From the IMG/VR virus record IMGVR_UViG_3300012348_000120: DNA of 64,000 bases, one strand, 5' to 3'. This document shows positions 1-8,551 of the stretch, piece by piece. Numbering within the stretch: position 1 is the first letter of the stretch; every line of letters begins with the position of its first letter. Position numbers and translations under genes: made by a program. The notes under the pieces are model-generated. The model worked only from the letters and a program-made list of their open reading frames with translations. It was not told the origin of the DNA and did not search any database. This stretch comes from a virus (Duplodnaviria; Heunggongvirae; Uroviricota; Caudoviricetes).

Positions 1-6
1 TTTACG

Positions 7-414
7 ATGGCAGAAACATACAATACAAACCCATTGTCTTCTGAGAGTTCTTCAAATTCTGATACAGCAGGACAGGGCGAAGGACTTGGTGAAGAATCAG
101 TAAGAGAGGGCGTTCAACCAGGTGAGTCAATTACTGTTGACGATACACAAAATCCAATCGGTGATGATGGCACTGGTAATCCAAATATAAATGGACAACC
201 TTTAGGAGATATGCAAGGTGTTATTGATCAATTGAATGATGCGCAACGAAAATCTGAAAAGTTGTTCTTTGACAGTAACGGTAATCCAAGAACAATGACT
301 CAACAAGAGATGGCTCAATACGAAGAATTGCAAGTAAAGATAGAAGGTATTTTCGAAAGATACCCTAACATCAATCAAATAATAGCAAGATTACAAACTT
401 CAGCAAGGAATTAA
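7..414 (+). CDS. Acidic low-complexity hypothetical protein, possibly the 3' end of a longer virion/baseplate gene
   Basis: The frame is open to the window edge (TTT ACG ATG). The product is D/E/G/N/Q-rich and stops 3 nt before the gp5-like gene. Confidence 0.55.
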   Translation: MAETYNTNPLSSESSSNSDTAGQGEGLGEESVREGVQPGESITVDDTQNPIGDDGTGNPNINGQPLGDMQGVIDQLNDAQRKSEKLFFDSNGNPRTMTQQEMAQYEELQVKIEGIFERYPNINQIIARLQTSARN

Positions 415-417
415 TGA

Positions 418-2148
418 ATGTCACAAAACAGTTCAACAAGAGTTGGTTTACCTGAAATATTTCAGGAAAGTAGACAACGTGCCGAAAGTCCAGTCACATC
501 AAAGATGGAAAGTGGCATATATAAAGCCATAACAGTTGGTGTGCCTGATCCAGAAGGAAGAGGTCGGTTAGCTGCATACGTTCCTCGTCTTGGTGGAAAT
601 CCAGACAACTATCAATTCTTTGAATATGCAAGTCCATTTGGTGGTCAAGCAAATGGAAGCTCTTATGGCTTTTTTGCAGCACCTCCTCATGAGAATATAA
701 CCATATTGGTTTTCTTTGCCGAAAACGGAGATATGAGAGAAGGATATTGGTTTGCCGTTACTCAACAAGCACCAACTGTTGCATCAGGTGGAGCGTTAGG
801 TAATCCTCATCCAGACCCAAACACTGGAATTGGTATGGGAGTTTTTGAAGGCGTTCCAGCAGCAAAAGATGGAAGATCAACACTGAAAGATGCTCAACTT
901 GGGCCAGACGCATTTAATGGTGACTTGCCTCCTATGTATTCACCAGATGGCGATTTGATTCCGCCAGAAGGTGGAAATAGTCCAAGAAACGTAAATGCGG
1001 CAGAACAAGGAACATTTTCCGATCAACTAAGAGGCGGAACGACTGCACATCCAGCCCGTGACCCATCATATTCTACTCCACAACCTTCTCGTGTTTTTGG
1101 TATGGTTACACCCGGACAGAGTGCAATTACATTTGATGATGGAAGTGTCGGTGATGATGGAACAATACATCCCACACAGATAAGATTGACAACTGGAAAC
1201 GGTGCAGCAGTAATACTTGATGGAACAAACGACTTCATTTATATCGTAAACAGTAGTGGCACTGGATGGGTAGAAGTCGGCGCAGATGGTGAAGTTATGA
1301 TATATGCCACTGGTTCAATGAGTGTAAGAGCACAGAAAGACATCAATTTCCGTGCAGACGAAAACATCAATTTTGATGCTGGAAAGAAAGTCAATATTCG
1401 TAGTGGAAATGACATGATGCTCACTTCTGGTGGGCAAACACATATGCATAGCACTGGAAATCAGTTTTTTCAAACCGAAGGAACAAACCATACGAAAGCT
1501 GGATCAAATATGTATGTAAGCACGGGTGGTGTAATGCACCTAAACGGTCCCGCCGCAACACCAGCACTTAAAGTTTCTGGTGTATCAATGCCAGATATAC
1601 AAGGGCATCAGTCTGTTGAGGCACCAGACGTTTCTGTTCCATACATGCCGTCAGCAGAGCCATATTTGCGTCCAGCACCTCCGAGCACTGGCGGTGGTGG
1701 AATTGTTCCAGACCTTGCAAGTTATGGAAATCAAGGTAATGCATTCAATGCACCGACAAACCAAATGGGCAACACTGGTGAAAATGGTAGACTTAACCCA
1801 AGCACATTGAAGTCTATTGGCAACGGACATATGCTAAGACCTGATGCGGCAGATGCGTATTTAAGAATGGTTGAAGCTGCACGTGCAGATGGTGTTTCTT
1901 GGTCTATAACTGATAGTTATAGAACTTATGATGTGCAAGTTAGACTTGCACGAGAAAAGGGACTGTATTCTCAGGGTGGATTGGCAGCTACGCCAGGCAC
2001 ATCAAATCATGGTTGGGGAACTGCACTTGACCTTGGGGGTGGAGCAAATGATTATGGAACACCACAAAATAACTGGCTACAACAAAATGCTGGAAGATTT
2101 GGATTTAGAACGATTCCACGCGAACCTTGGCATTGGCAATATGGATAA
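418..2148 (+). CDS. Baseplate hub/central spike (T4 gp5/VgrG-like) with C-terminal M15B/VanY-type peptidoglycan peptidase
   Basis: N-terminal OB-fold motif GIYKAITVGVPDPEGRGRL; beta-helix-like repeats ending MHLNGP; C-terminal Zn-peptidase motifs SYR..Q, SNHGWGTALD (SxHxxGxAxD) and EPWHW. Confidence 0.85.
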   Translation: MSQNSSTRVGLPEIFQESRQRAESPVTSKMESGIYKAITVGVPDPEGRGRLAAYVPRLGGNPDNYQFFEYASPFGGQANGSSYGFFAAPPHENITILVFFAENGDMREGYWFAVTQQAPTVASGGALGNPHPDPNTGIGMGVFEGVPAAKDGRSTLKDAQLGPDAFNGDLPPMYSPDGDLIPPEGGNSPRNVNAAEQGTFSDQLRGGTTAHPARDPSYSTPQPSRVFGMVTPGQSAITFDDGSVGDDGTIHPTQIRLTTGNGAAVILDGTNDFIYIVNSSGTGWVEVGADGEVMIYATGSMSVRAQKDINFRADENINFDAGKKVNIRSGNDMMLTSGGQTHMHSTGNQFFQTEGTNHTKAGSNMYVSTGGVMHLNGPAATPALKVSGVSMPDIQGHQSVEAPDVSVPYMPSAEPYLRPAPPSTGGGGIVPDLASYGNQGNAFNAPTNQMGNTGENGRLNPSTLKSIGNGHMLRPDAADAYLRMVEAARADGVSWSITDSYRTYDVQVRLAREKGLYSQGGLAATPGTSNHGWGTALDLGGGANDYGTPQNNWLQQNAGRFGFRTIPREPWHWQYG

Positions 2149-2157
2149 GGAAGTATC

Positions 2158-2799
2158 ATGATTTTTGATAAAAGAAAAGGCTCTCTTCTTAATATTATTC
2201 AACGACCATTGAATGTTATAACTCCATATGGGACTTATATTGGTCTTGATTATAAAAAAGACAATACCCCGAATTATATACTTTCGGATATTCGTGTTAA
2301 TACATTTAAGGTCACCGATCTTGTATTTTCATATCTGAGTAAAGATTATATAATTCGAAGAAATAAACCCATACTTCAACTAACATCTAATAACTTGATA
2401 GGTTATAACTATCATGTATCGGATGTTGAATTAAAGTATGGGTATATAACAGTCGCTTCTAAAAGAATTTCAATTTTAAACAAATCTATAATAAAGATTG
2501 AGGCAGACAAAATTCTTGAAAAGCAATTACGTATTATTGGTAATTTGTTAGATCAAAATATAACGGTTGAATTGGGCCAACCACAATATGATGCATTACT
2601 TGTTTACTTTTTTTATGAAGGAACTGATAAAATCGTTGACCATCCTATCATAGAAATGATCAATCGCGGTTTGTGGTTTGATATAACTGACGAACTTCAA
2701 ACAAATATAAGACGGCAGAATGGCAGAGTTGATGAACAACTTGCCAGACTGCGAATGGATATATCTTTAATTTGGAGTTACGTTCCTAATTATAGCTGA
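2158..2799 (+). CDS. Degenerate GH24 (phage lysozyme)-like protein, probably catalytically inactive
   Basis: [21 protein letters not shown] and [15 protein letters not shown] resemble lysozyme VPLNQNQFDALVSF and KAGGKVLPGLVRRR; LIGYNY resembles TIGYG. The catalytic Glu is not evident. Confidence 0.55.
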   Translation: MIFDKRKGSLLNIIQRPLNVITPYGTYIGLDYKKDNTPNYILSDIRVNTFKVTDLVFSYLSKDYIIRRNKPILQLTSNNLIGYNYHVSDVELKYGYITVASKRISILNKSIIKIEADKILEKQLRIIGNLLDQNITVELGQPQYDALLVYFFYEGTDKIVDHPIIEMINRGLWFDITDELQTNIRRQNGRVDEQLARLRMDISLIWSYVPNYS

Positions 2800-3419
2800 C
2801 CTGAACGCTCAGTTATAACTGAATCGGCAAGACCCCAAGCTACTGCATCTTCTGCACGAAGGAAAGTGTCATACTTCATGGTTTCAAACAGTTCTTCAAA
2901 CGTTTTACCAGCAGAGTTATGTTTTACATAAATTTCGGTAAGGCGTTTGTTGAGGTCTTTTGATTCTTGTAGATGACGAAGGTTGTCTTCCATTTCCATT
3001 TCCTGAATATGGACTGAACCCCTTGTTCCACTGGTTCCAGATGAAACGCGGTGAATCATAGTGCGAGAGTTTGGAAGAACATATCGTTTACCAGCCGCAC
3101 CAGCTTGTGCAAGCAACGAACCCATTGATGCAGCCTGACCCATAACCATAGTAGAAACATCTGGTTTGATGAATTGCATTGTATCGTAAATTGCGAGGCC
3201 AGCGGTGACCAAACCACCAGGAGAGTTGATATAGAAATGAATATCTTTTTCTGGATTATCCGCTTCAAGAAATAGAAGCTGAGAACAAATCAAGTCTGCT
3301 TGATGATCATCCACTCCACCTGTTAAGAATACTACCCGTTCTTTTAGAAGACGGGATTTTAGGTCCATCGCTCGTTCTCCACCAGCGGTGGATTCCAATA
3401 CCATTGGAACAAATGTCAT
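2790..3419 (-). CDS. clpP: ATP-dependent Clp protease proteolytic subunit
   Basis: [25 protein letters not shown] (catalytic Ser), MIH (His), YDTFL (Asp); GAGG RBS upstream. Confidence 0.95.
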   Translation of the reverse strand: MTFVPMVLESTAGGERAMDLKSRLLKERVVFLTGGVDDHQADLICSQLLFLEADNPEKDIHFYINSPGGLVTAGLAIYDTMQFIKPDVSTMVMGQAASMGSLLAQAGAAGKRYVLPNSRTMIHRVSSGTSGTRGSVHIQEMEMEDNLRHLQESKDLNKRLTEIYVKHNSAGKTFEELFETMKYDTFLRAEDAVAWGLADSVITERSGQL

Positions 3420-3429
3420 ATATTACCTC

Positions 3430-3540
3430 TTATTTGTTTGATAGTTGTGTTTTTAGATTTGAGTTTTCTTCAACCAACTCGTCAATTCGCTTGTATGCAT
3501 TTTGAAGCTGTGATTGAAGTTGTTTCATTTCATGTTCCAT
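3430..3540 (-). CDS. 36-aa coiled-coil microprotein (not in ORF track)
   Basis: Translated by hand: MEHEMKQLQSQLQNAYKRIDELVEENSNLKTQLSNK*. It fills the gap between the 3530 ORF and clpP and has a heptad Leu/Ile pattern; GGTAGG lies upstream. Confidence 0.6.
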   Translation of the reverse strand: MEHEMKQLQSQLQNAYKRIDELVEENSNLKTQLSNK

Positions 3541-3712
3541 TGTGCCTACCCGTAATCTTGATTCTTGGGCGATGCTCTCGTTGATGAAATATTGGCTGTC
3601 GTAGATCATATTCGTATGAACTCCCTATGATTGACAAAATCATTTTGTCAACAATCTCATTGGTCACACAATAATCCCACGAATCATATGATACTGACAA
3701 TGTGTAATTCAT
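3530..3712 (-). CDS. Small hypothetical protein, first gene of the clpP operon
   Basis: GGAG RBS before the ATG at 3712; lies directly downstream of a sigma70-type promoter. Confidence 0.55.
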   Translation of the reverse strand: MNYTLSVSYDSWDYCVTNEIVDKMILSIIGSSYEYDLRQPIFHQREHRPRIKITGRHNGT

Positions 3713-3736
3713 GAAAATCTCCATAGTGTAAGGATT

Positions 3737-3765
3737 ACTGTATCACAAGGGTATTTATATGTCAA
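3737..3765 (-). promoter_or_regulatory. Sigma70-type promoter with nested T4-type late promoter driving the clpP operon
   Basis: Minus strand TTGACA (3765-3760), 17 bp, TGa-TACAGT (3742-3737); TATAAATA at 3759-3752 lies inside the spacer. Confidence 0.7.
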
Positions 3766-3791
3766 GGAATAACTTCGTAGTTTATACGAAG

Positions 3792-3798
3792 ATAAATA
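3792..3798 (+). promoter_or_regulatory. T4-type late promoter (ATAAATA) for the baseplate wedge operon
   Basis: gATAAATA about 30 nt upstream of the gp25-like ATG; same motif recurs at other intergenic starts. Confidence 0.65.
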
Positions 3799-3829
3799 CT
3801 CTAATAGAACAACAAGGGATGCGGTGAGA

Positions 3830-4189
3830 ATGAAAAGTTATAAAGGGTTCAGCACGAAAAATCCAGCAGCAATCAACAATATCCTTCAGGGTAAGGACTT
3901 GGTGATTGAGGATGTTATGAACGAGATTATGACGCGAAAAGGCGAAAGGTTGATGATGCCAACCTATGGATGCATAATCCATGATTTGATCTTTGAGCCT
4001 CTAACATCGGAAGTTTCTGGACTTATAAAAGATGATTTAGAACGAATTATTGACAACGACCCAAGAATAGAACTTCTATCGGAAATCACCTTACTTGAAC
4101 AAGAGCATAGCATAACCGCTACTATGATTGTTAAAATTTTACCAAGTGGTGATGTTGAACAACTAACAATAGACTTAGAAAGAGAATAA
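3830..4189 (+). CDS. Baseplate wedge subunit, T4 gp25/GPW-like
   Basis: TRKGERLMMPTYGCIIHDLIFEPL and DPRI match the GPW_gp25 signature. Confidence 0.9.
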   Translation: MKSYKGFSTKNPAAINNILQGKDLVIEDVMNEIMTRKGERLMMPTYGCIIHDLIFEPLTSEVSGLIKDDLERIIDNDPRIELLSEITLLEQEHSITATMIVKILPSGDVEQLTIDLERE

Positions 4190-4192
4190 TAA

Positions 4193-7100
4193 ATGGCTCA
4201 AGATAGAATAGACAATTTGTTTGCAAGCGAAAGCTGGTCAGCGGTATATACTGCTTTCACTAATATAAGCCTAAAAGCATATGACTTTGACAACATTCGT
4301 GAAGCCTTGCTGACTTATGTAGCACAGACGTATCCAGATAAGTTCAATGACTACATCGCAAGTTCAGAGTTTATTGCTGTCCTTGACCTTGTTGCATATC
4401 TTGGGCATTCATTATCTTTCCGTATGGATATGAATAGTCGTGAAAACTTCTTAGACACCGCAGAACGCCGTTCAAGTATTCTACGCCTTGCAAAAAATCT
4501 TGGATACCAAAAAAACCGCCCTCTGAACGCACGTGGATTTATGAAGATAAGTTCGGTTATGACAAACCAGCGTTTGTTTGATTCAGATGGAAAGAGTTTG
4601 CAGTCAAAGAAAATACTATGGAATGACACCAACAACGACAATTGGTATGACAATTTTGTTACTATTCTAAACTCCGCACTGCAATATAACACAAAGACAA
4701 ATTCACCAGCAGCATCTTCTGTTGTCAATGGAGTTCAAAATAATATTCACTATATCAATGAGAACCCAAAAGCAAAATCAGTTCGCTACTCATTCACTGG
4801 AAAAGTGGCAGGAGAAACACGTGCGTTTGATGCGGTAAGAGCAGAAATTTCAGATGACTTAGTGACTGAATCTGAACCAAACTTTTTGAACAATTTTTCA
4901 ATTATTTCGCGAGATGACTCTTTTGGGCCATCCAGTGACAGAACTGGTTTCTTTGTATACGCAAAGGCTGGCCAACTAAAATTCAAAGACTTGAACTACA
5001 CATCCAAAGTGTCAAACCGAATTGAACAGATTTTGGATACCGATATTTCAAACACTGACGTTTGGCTTCAAAAGATAGATAGTGCTGGGAATTATTATTC
5101 AAGTGTCAACATACTTGATAATAGCACACGAGACACCGCAATATATAACTACCTTCGCACTGGAAGTTCAGATATTGCTTCCATACGAACCAACGATGAG
5201 AACCGAGTGGAAATCGTATTTCCTGATGGAATATACGGAAACTCTGCATATGGAAAGTATAGAATTTGGTATAGAATTGCAGACAATGCAAACTTCACGG
5301 TTGACCGTGGAGAGATAAAAAATGCATCTATCGTTATTCCTTATATCGGAGAAGATGACAAGCCTTACCTACTAACAGTTACACTTCAGTCAACGGTTGA
5401 CTTCACTGACAACTTTGTTGGCGAGAACTATTACAGTGTTAAGCGTTTGGCACCAAAGATATACTATACACAAGACAGAATGGTAAATGGCCAAGACTAT
5501 AACATATTGCCATTGTCTCTTGGTTCAAGCGTTGTCACGAAGGTAAAGTCAGTAAACACCACGTTTGCTGGAAAGTCAAGATATTTTGAGATGGATGACG
5601 TAACAGGGCATCACTCAACAATTTCTATCACTGGAACTGATGGTTCAGTATACATAGAGGATGATCCAATACAATTGGAAATGTTCTTTAATCTGGTAAC
5701 GGGCGACATTGACAGTTTTGTCAGAAACGATTTAACAACTGCAATTATTCATCCAAGTATGGTAAATTCATATTACTATGAATACAGATATGATGCGTCA
5801 GTTAATATGACAAACATACCTTATACCACTTGGGAACGTGACCCATCAGATATGTCAAACAATCTGAAAGGAACATTCGATAACTTCTTTTCATTTACTC
5901 AGGGCGATAGTATAAGAATTGGAGAAGAATGGTATACCGTTGTTCGCTACATTCATTCAACCAATACAATCACTCTTGATAGAGTTGCACCATACGGAGA
6001 AATTCTAAAAGAACGAGTTAAAGCGTATGAAAGAGTATTCGTGGATTCAGTTATTGATTCTATAAAATACCATCTGTCCGAAAACTTTTTAAACTCATTC
6101 TATTTGGTATACGGTTTTCCATATCCAGAAGGCGGAAATAATTCTTGGAACATAATAACTGATTCTGATATTGCATCATTCAATGCAGAATTGAAAGAAC
6201 TGTTTGACAATTGGAACCTAAAAATATTTGTAAAATATCTTCCAGGAATCAGAACAAATGAATCCAGATTTGTTATTTCATTTGTTGGAAAAAGAATTGT
6301 ATTTGAGAGTAATGATCAAGTAAAGTTTTATTACAGTAACGGAAATACTCCTGTTATTGACAATTCAACTAACTTGGCTAAAACTGATATGATACTCATA
6401 AATTATGCAGAAGGTGAATATCAAGAAACAAGTAATGTGGTAGGAACAACATCGTCATCAATGACTGTTGGATTTGGTCCTGTTGTGAACATCAACCATG
6501 TCAACGATACATTTGATGTTTCATTTGCTTGCGCAGGCGGGCCAGAGAATATGAATTTCATTCAGAACAACGAAACATATTTGAATGTCGCTTACACTCA
6601 TTACATTGTGTCTCCAGACTGTGTTGAACAACTTGTTACATCACCGACAAATCCGATTGGAACTGCCGAAAACAACTATACTGTAACATTTCCTCTTGGT
6701 TTACTGGGCGATACCGTTTACACACAAACAGAAATAGTTTCAAATATTGACACGATTGACACTGACGAATTGAAAATATCTTTACACAACGTTGCATTGT
6801 ATTTTGGAACTGATGAAACTGGAAACACTGGTAATACTGGAAACGTTGGTAATGTCGGAAACGTATGTGGAAATGTCGGAAATGTTTGTGGCGATGGTGT
6901 AGGAAACGTAGGAAGTGGATCATATTACGGAGACATTTATACTGTTCTTACTTCAACTGAATTAGAAGGTATTATGGGACTTCATGGCAAGATAACAATG
7001 GATTATCTTGACGTAGCACAAAACGATGGTCATTTCTTTTTCATCGATGAAGATGAAATGCTTGAAGGAAAAACTTTGCAGAACATTGAAAACGGAGAAA

Positions 7101-8548
7101 GAGGAACCCAGACGCCAGTTGTTTCGCTTGAATCAAATGTTGGTGGAGTTCAAACTTTCAAGTTTACATTTATGAACAACGATGATTTCAAATTCTGCTT
7201 AGATGATTGCGACATCTACATCAAGCAAAAAGCATATTCCGAAGTTACGTTTGTAACTACGGTTGATATAACTGCATCTCAATTGGTGTTTAAGACCGAT
7301 ACTGGAAAAACAATAACATCTGAATATTTTGATCTTATTAGTAGTATCAACGATGTGTATCGTGTTGTATTTTGGTCGCCAGATGTTCCAGTTGGAACCG
7401 TTCTGGACGTTTTCTACAATAACGTAGGTGATTACGAGTTGTATCGTTTCCACTGCCGTGTAAAAGCAACATTCACTGATATTGATTATACCGTTTACCG
7501 AGACAGAACTTATTCGAATGTTGGATCATACGTGTATGGAAATTATATAACACCAGAAGGATATGTTGACAACAAAAAAGTAAGACTAATGTCAAAAGAT
7601 ATATCTGGTAATCCAAATGGTCTTTTGGATGTATTTAAAGATGTAGAATCAACAGACCATCTAATCATAGAGACTTATACGTTGAATGGCGTAGAATATA
7701 CTCGCGTGTCCGAATATGCAGTAGTATTAGAAGCGGATACCACACTTTCAAATGGTATACCTCCATCTGCACGTTTGGCATACGATATAGAAGCAAACGT
7801 ATGGTATAAGAAAACTGATGGAGTATGGGCTGTTCTTTCTGGTTCTGGATTTACAATACCATCCGCTGGTGAATTGATTTATGCTGGCGTAACCTATCAA
7901 GTGGTAGAAGGAAAAACATACGTTACTGACAACTACATGAGTTTCCGTTGGGATCATTATGCGGACAGAGATAAGCGTATTGATCCAAGCACTTCAAACA
8001 TCGTAGATGTATATGTTCTTTCATCTGATTATGTCAGAAAGGTAAACCAGTGGATTGCAAGTAACTTTACAACACAGATTCCTTCTCCACCTACTACCTA
8101 TGAATTGAGAACTATTATGAGTTCAATTCAAGGAAAAGAGGCGATTGCAGATCATGTGAGTTACATTCCTGTGAAGTTTAAGTATATATTCGGTGCATAT
8201 GCTGATGAACAAAACCAAGCGGTGTTTAAAGTCGTAAAAAGAAAAGGAACACCATATACAGATAGTGAAATAAAGTCTATGGTTTCTGCAAAAGTAAACG
8301 AATACTTCGCAATTGATAATTGGGACTTTGGTGACACATTCTATTTCTCAGAGGTTGCTGCATATCTACATAAAGAGCTTAATGAATATATCGCATCAGT
8401 TGTTATTACTCCAAAGTTTGCAAATTACGATTTTGCGGATATGCTAAGTATTACTAGCGAACCATACGAAATATTCCTGTCTGTTACAACATCAGCAGAC
8501 GTTAAAATAATTGATTCAATAACAAAATCAGAACTATCAGGTGGATAA
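4193..8548 (+). CDS. Baseplate wedge protein, T4 gp6-like, enlarged
   Basis: YDFDNIREALLTY, FNDY..SSEF..LDLVAY, ENFLDTAERRSSILRLAKNLGY, FPDGIYG and YTQDRMVNGQDY are gp6-type motifs; follows gp25. Confidence 0.88.
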   Translation: MAQDRIDNLFASESWSAVYTAFTNISLKAYDFDNIREALLTYVAQTYPDKFNDYIASSEFIAVLDLVAYLGHSLSFRMDMNSRENFLDTAERRSSILRLAKNLGYQKNRPLNARGFMKISSVMTNQRLFDSDGKSLQSKKILWNDTNNDNWYDNFVTILNSALQYNTKTNSPAASSVVNGVQNNIHYINENPKAKSVRYSFTGKVAGETRAFDAVRAEISDDLVTESEPNFLNNFSIISRDDSFGPSSDRTGFFVYAKAGQLKFKDLNYTSKVSNRIEQILDTDISNTDVWLQKIDSAGNYYSSVNILDNSTRDTAIYNYLRTGSSDIASIRTNDENRVEIVFPDGIYGNSAYGKYRIWYRIADNANFTVDRGEIKNASIVIPYIGEDDKPYLLTVTLQSTVDFTDNFVGENYYSVKRLAPKIYYTQDRMVNGQDYNILPLSLGSSVVTKVKSVNTTFAGKSRYFEMDDVTGHHSTISITGTDGSVYIEDDPIQLEMFFNLVTGDIDSFVRNDLTTAIIHPSMVNSYYYEYRYDASVNMTNIPYTTWERDPSDMSNNLKGTFDNFFSFTQGDSIRIGEEWYTVVRYIHSTNTITLDRVAPYGEILKERVKAYERVFVDSVIDSIKYHLSENFLNSFYLVYGFPYPEGGNNSWNIITDSDIASFNAELKELFDNWNLKIFVKYLPGIRTNESRFVISFVGKRIVFESNDQVKFYYSNGNTPVIDNSTNLAKTDMILINYAEGEYQETSNVVGTTSSSMTVGFGPVVNINHVNDTFDVSFACAGGPENMNFIQNNETYLNVAYTHYIVSPDCVEQLVTSPTNPIGTAENNYTVTFPLGLLGDTVYTQTEIVSNIDTIDTDELKISLHNVALYFGTDETGNTGNTGNVGNVGNVCGNVGNVCGDGVGNVGSGSYYGDIYTVLTSTELEGIMGLHGKITMDYLDVAQNDGHFFFIDEDEMLEGKTLQNIENGERGTQTPVVSLESNVGGVQTFKFTFMNNDDFKFCLDDCDIYIKQKAYSEVTFVTTVDITASQLVFKTDTGKTITSEYFDLISSINDVYRVVFWSPDVPVGTVLDVFYNNVGDYELYRFHCRVKATFTDIDYTVYRDRTYSNVGSYVYGNYITPEGYVDNKKVRLMSKDISGNPNGLLDVFKDVESTDHLIIETYTLNGVEYTRVSEYAVVLEADTTLSNGIPPSARLAYDIEANVWYKKTDGVWAVLSGSGFTIPSAGELIYAGVTYQVVEGKTYVTDNYMSFRWDHYADRDKRIDPSTSNIVDVYVLSSDYVRKVNQWIASNFTTQIPSPPTTYELRTIMSSIQGKEAIADHVSYIPVKFKYIFGAYADEQNQAVFKVVKRKGTPYTDSEIKSMVSAKVNEYFAIDNWDFGDTFYFSEVAAYLHKELNEYIASVVITPKFANYDFADMLSITSEPYEIFLSVTTSADVKIIDSITKSELSGG
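6818..6919 (+). repeat. In-frame 9-nt degenerate tandem repeat encoding (GNT)/(GNV) tripeptides with two Cys
   Basis: ggaaacact ggtaatact ggaaacgtt ggtaatgtc ggaaacgta... encodes TGNTGNTGNVGNVGNVCGNVGNVCGDGVGNVGSG. Confidence 0.85.
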
Positions 8549-8551
8549 AAT

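Noticed and set aside
6818-6919. Possible CRISPR array or DNA-level VNTR
   Set aside because: The units are 9 nt, degenerate at third codon positions, have no spacers and lie in frame within gp6. No cas genes are present.
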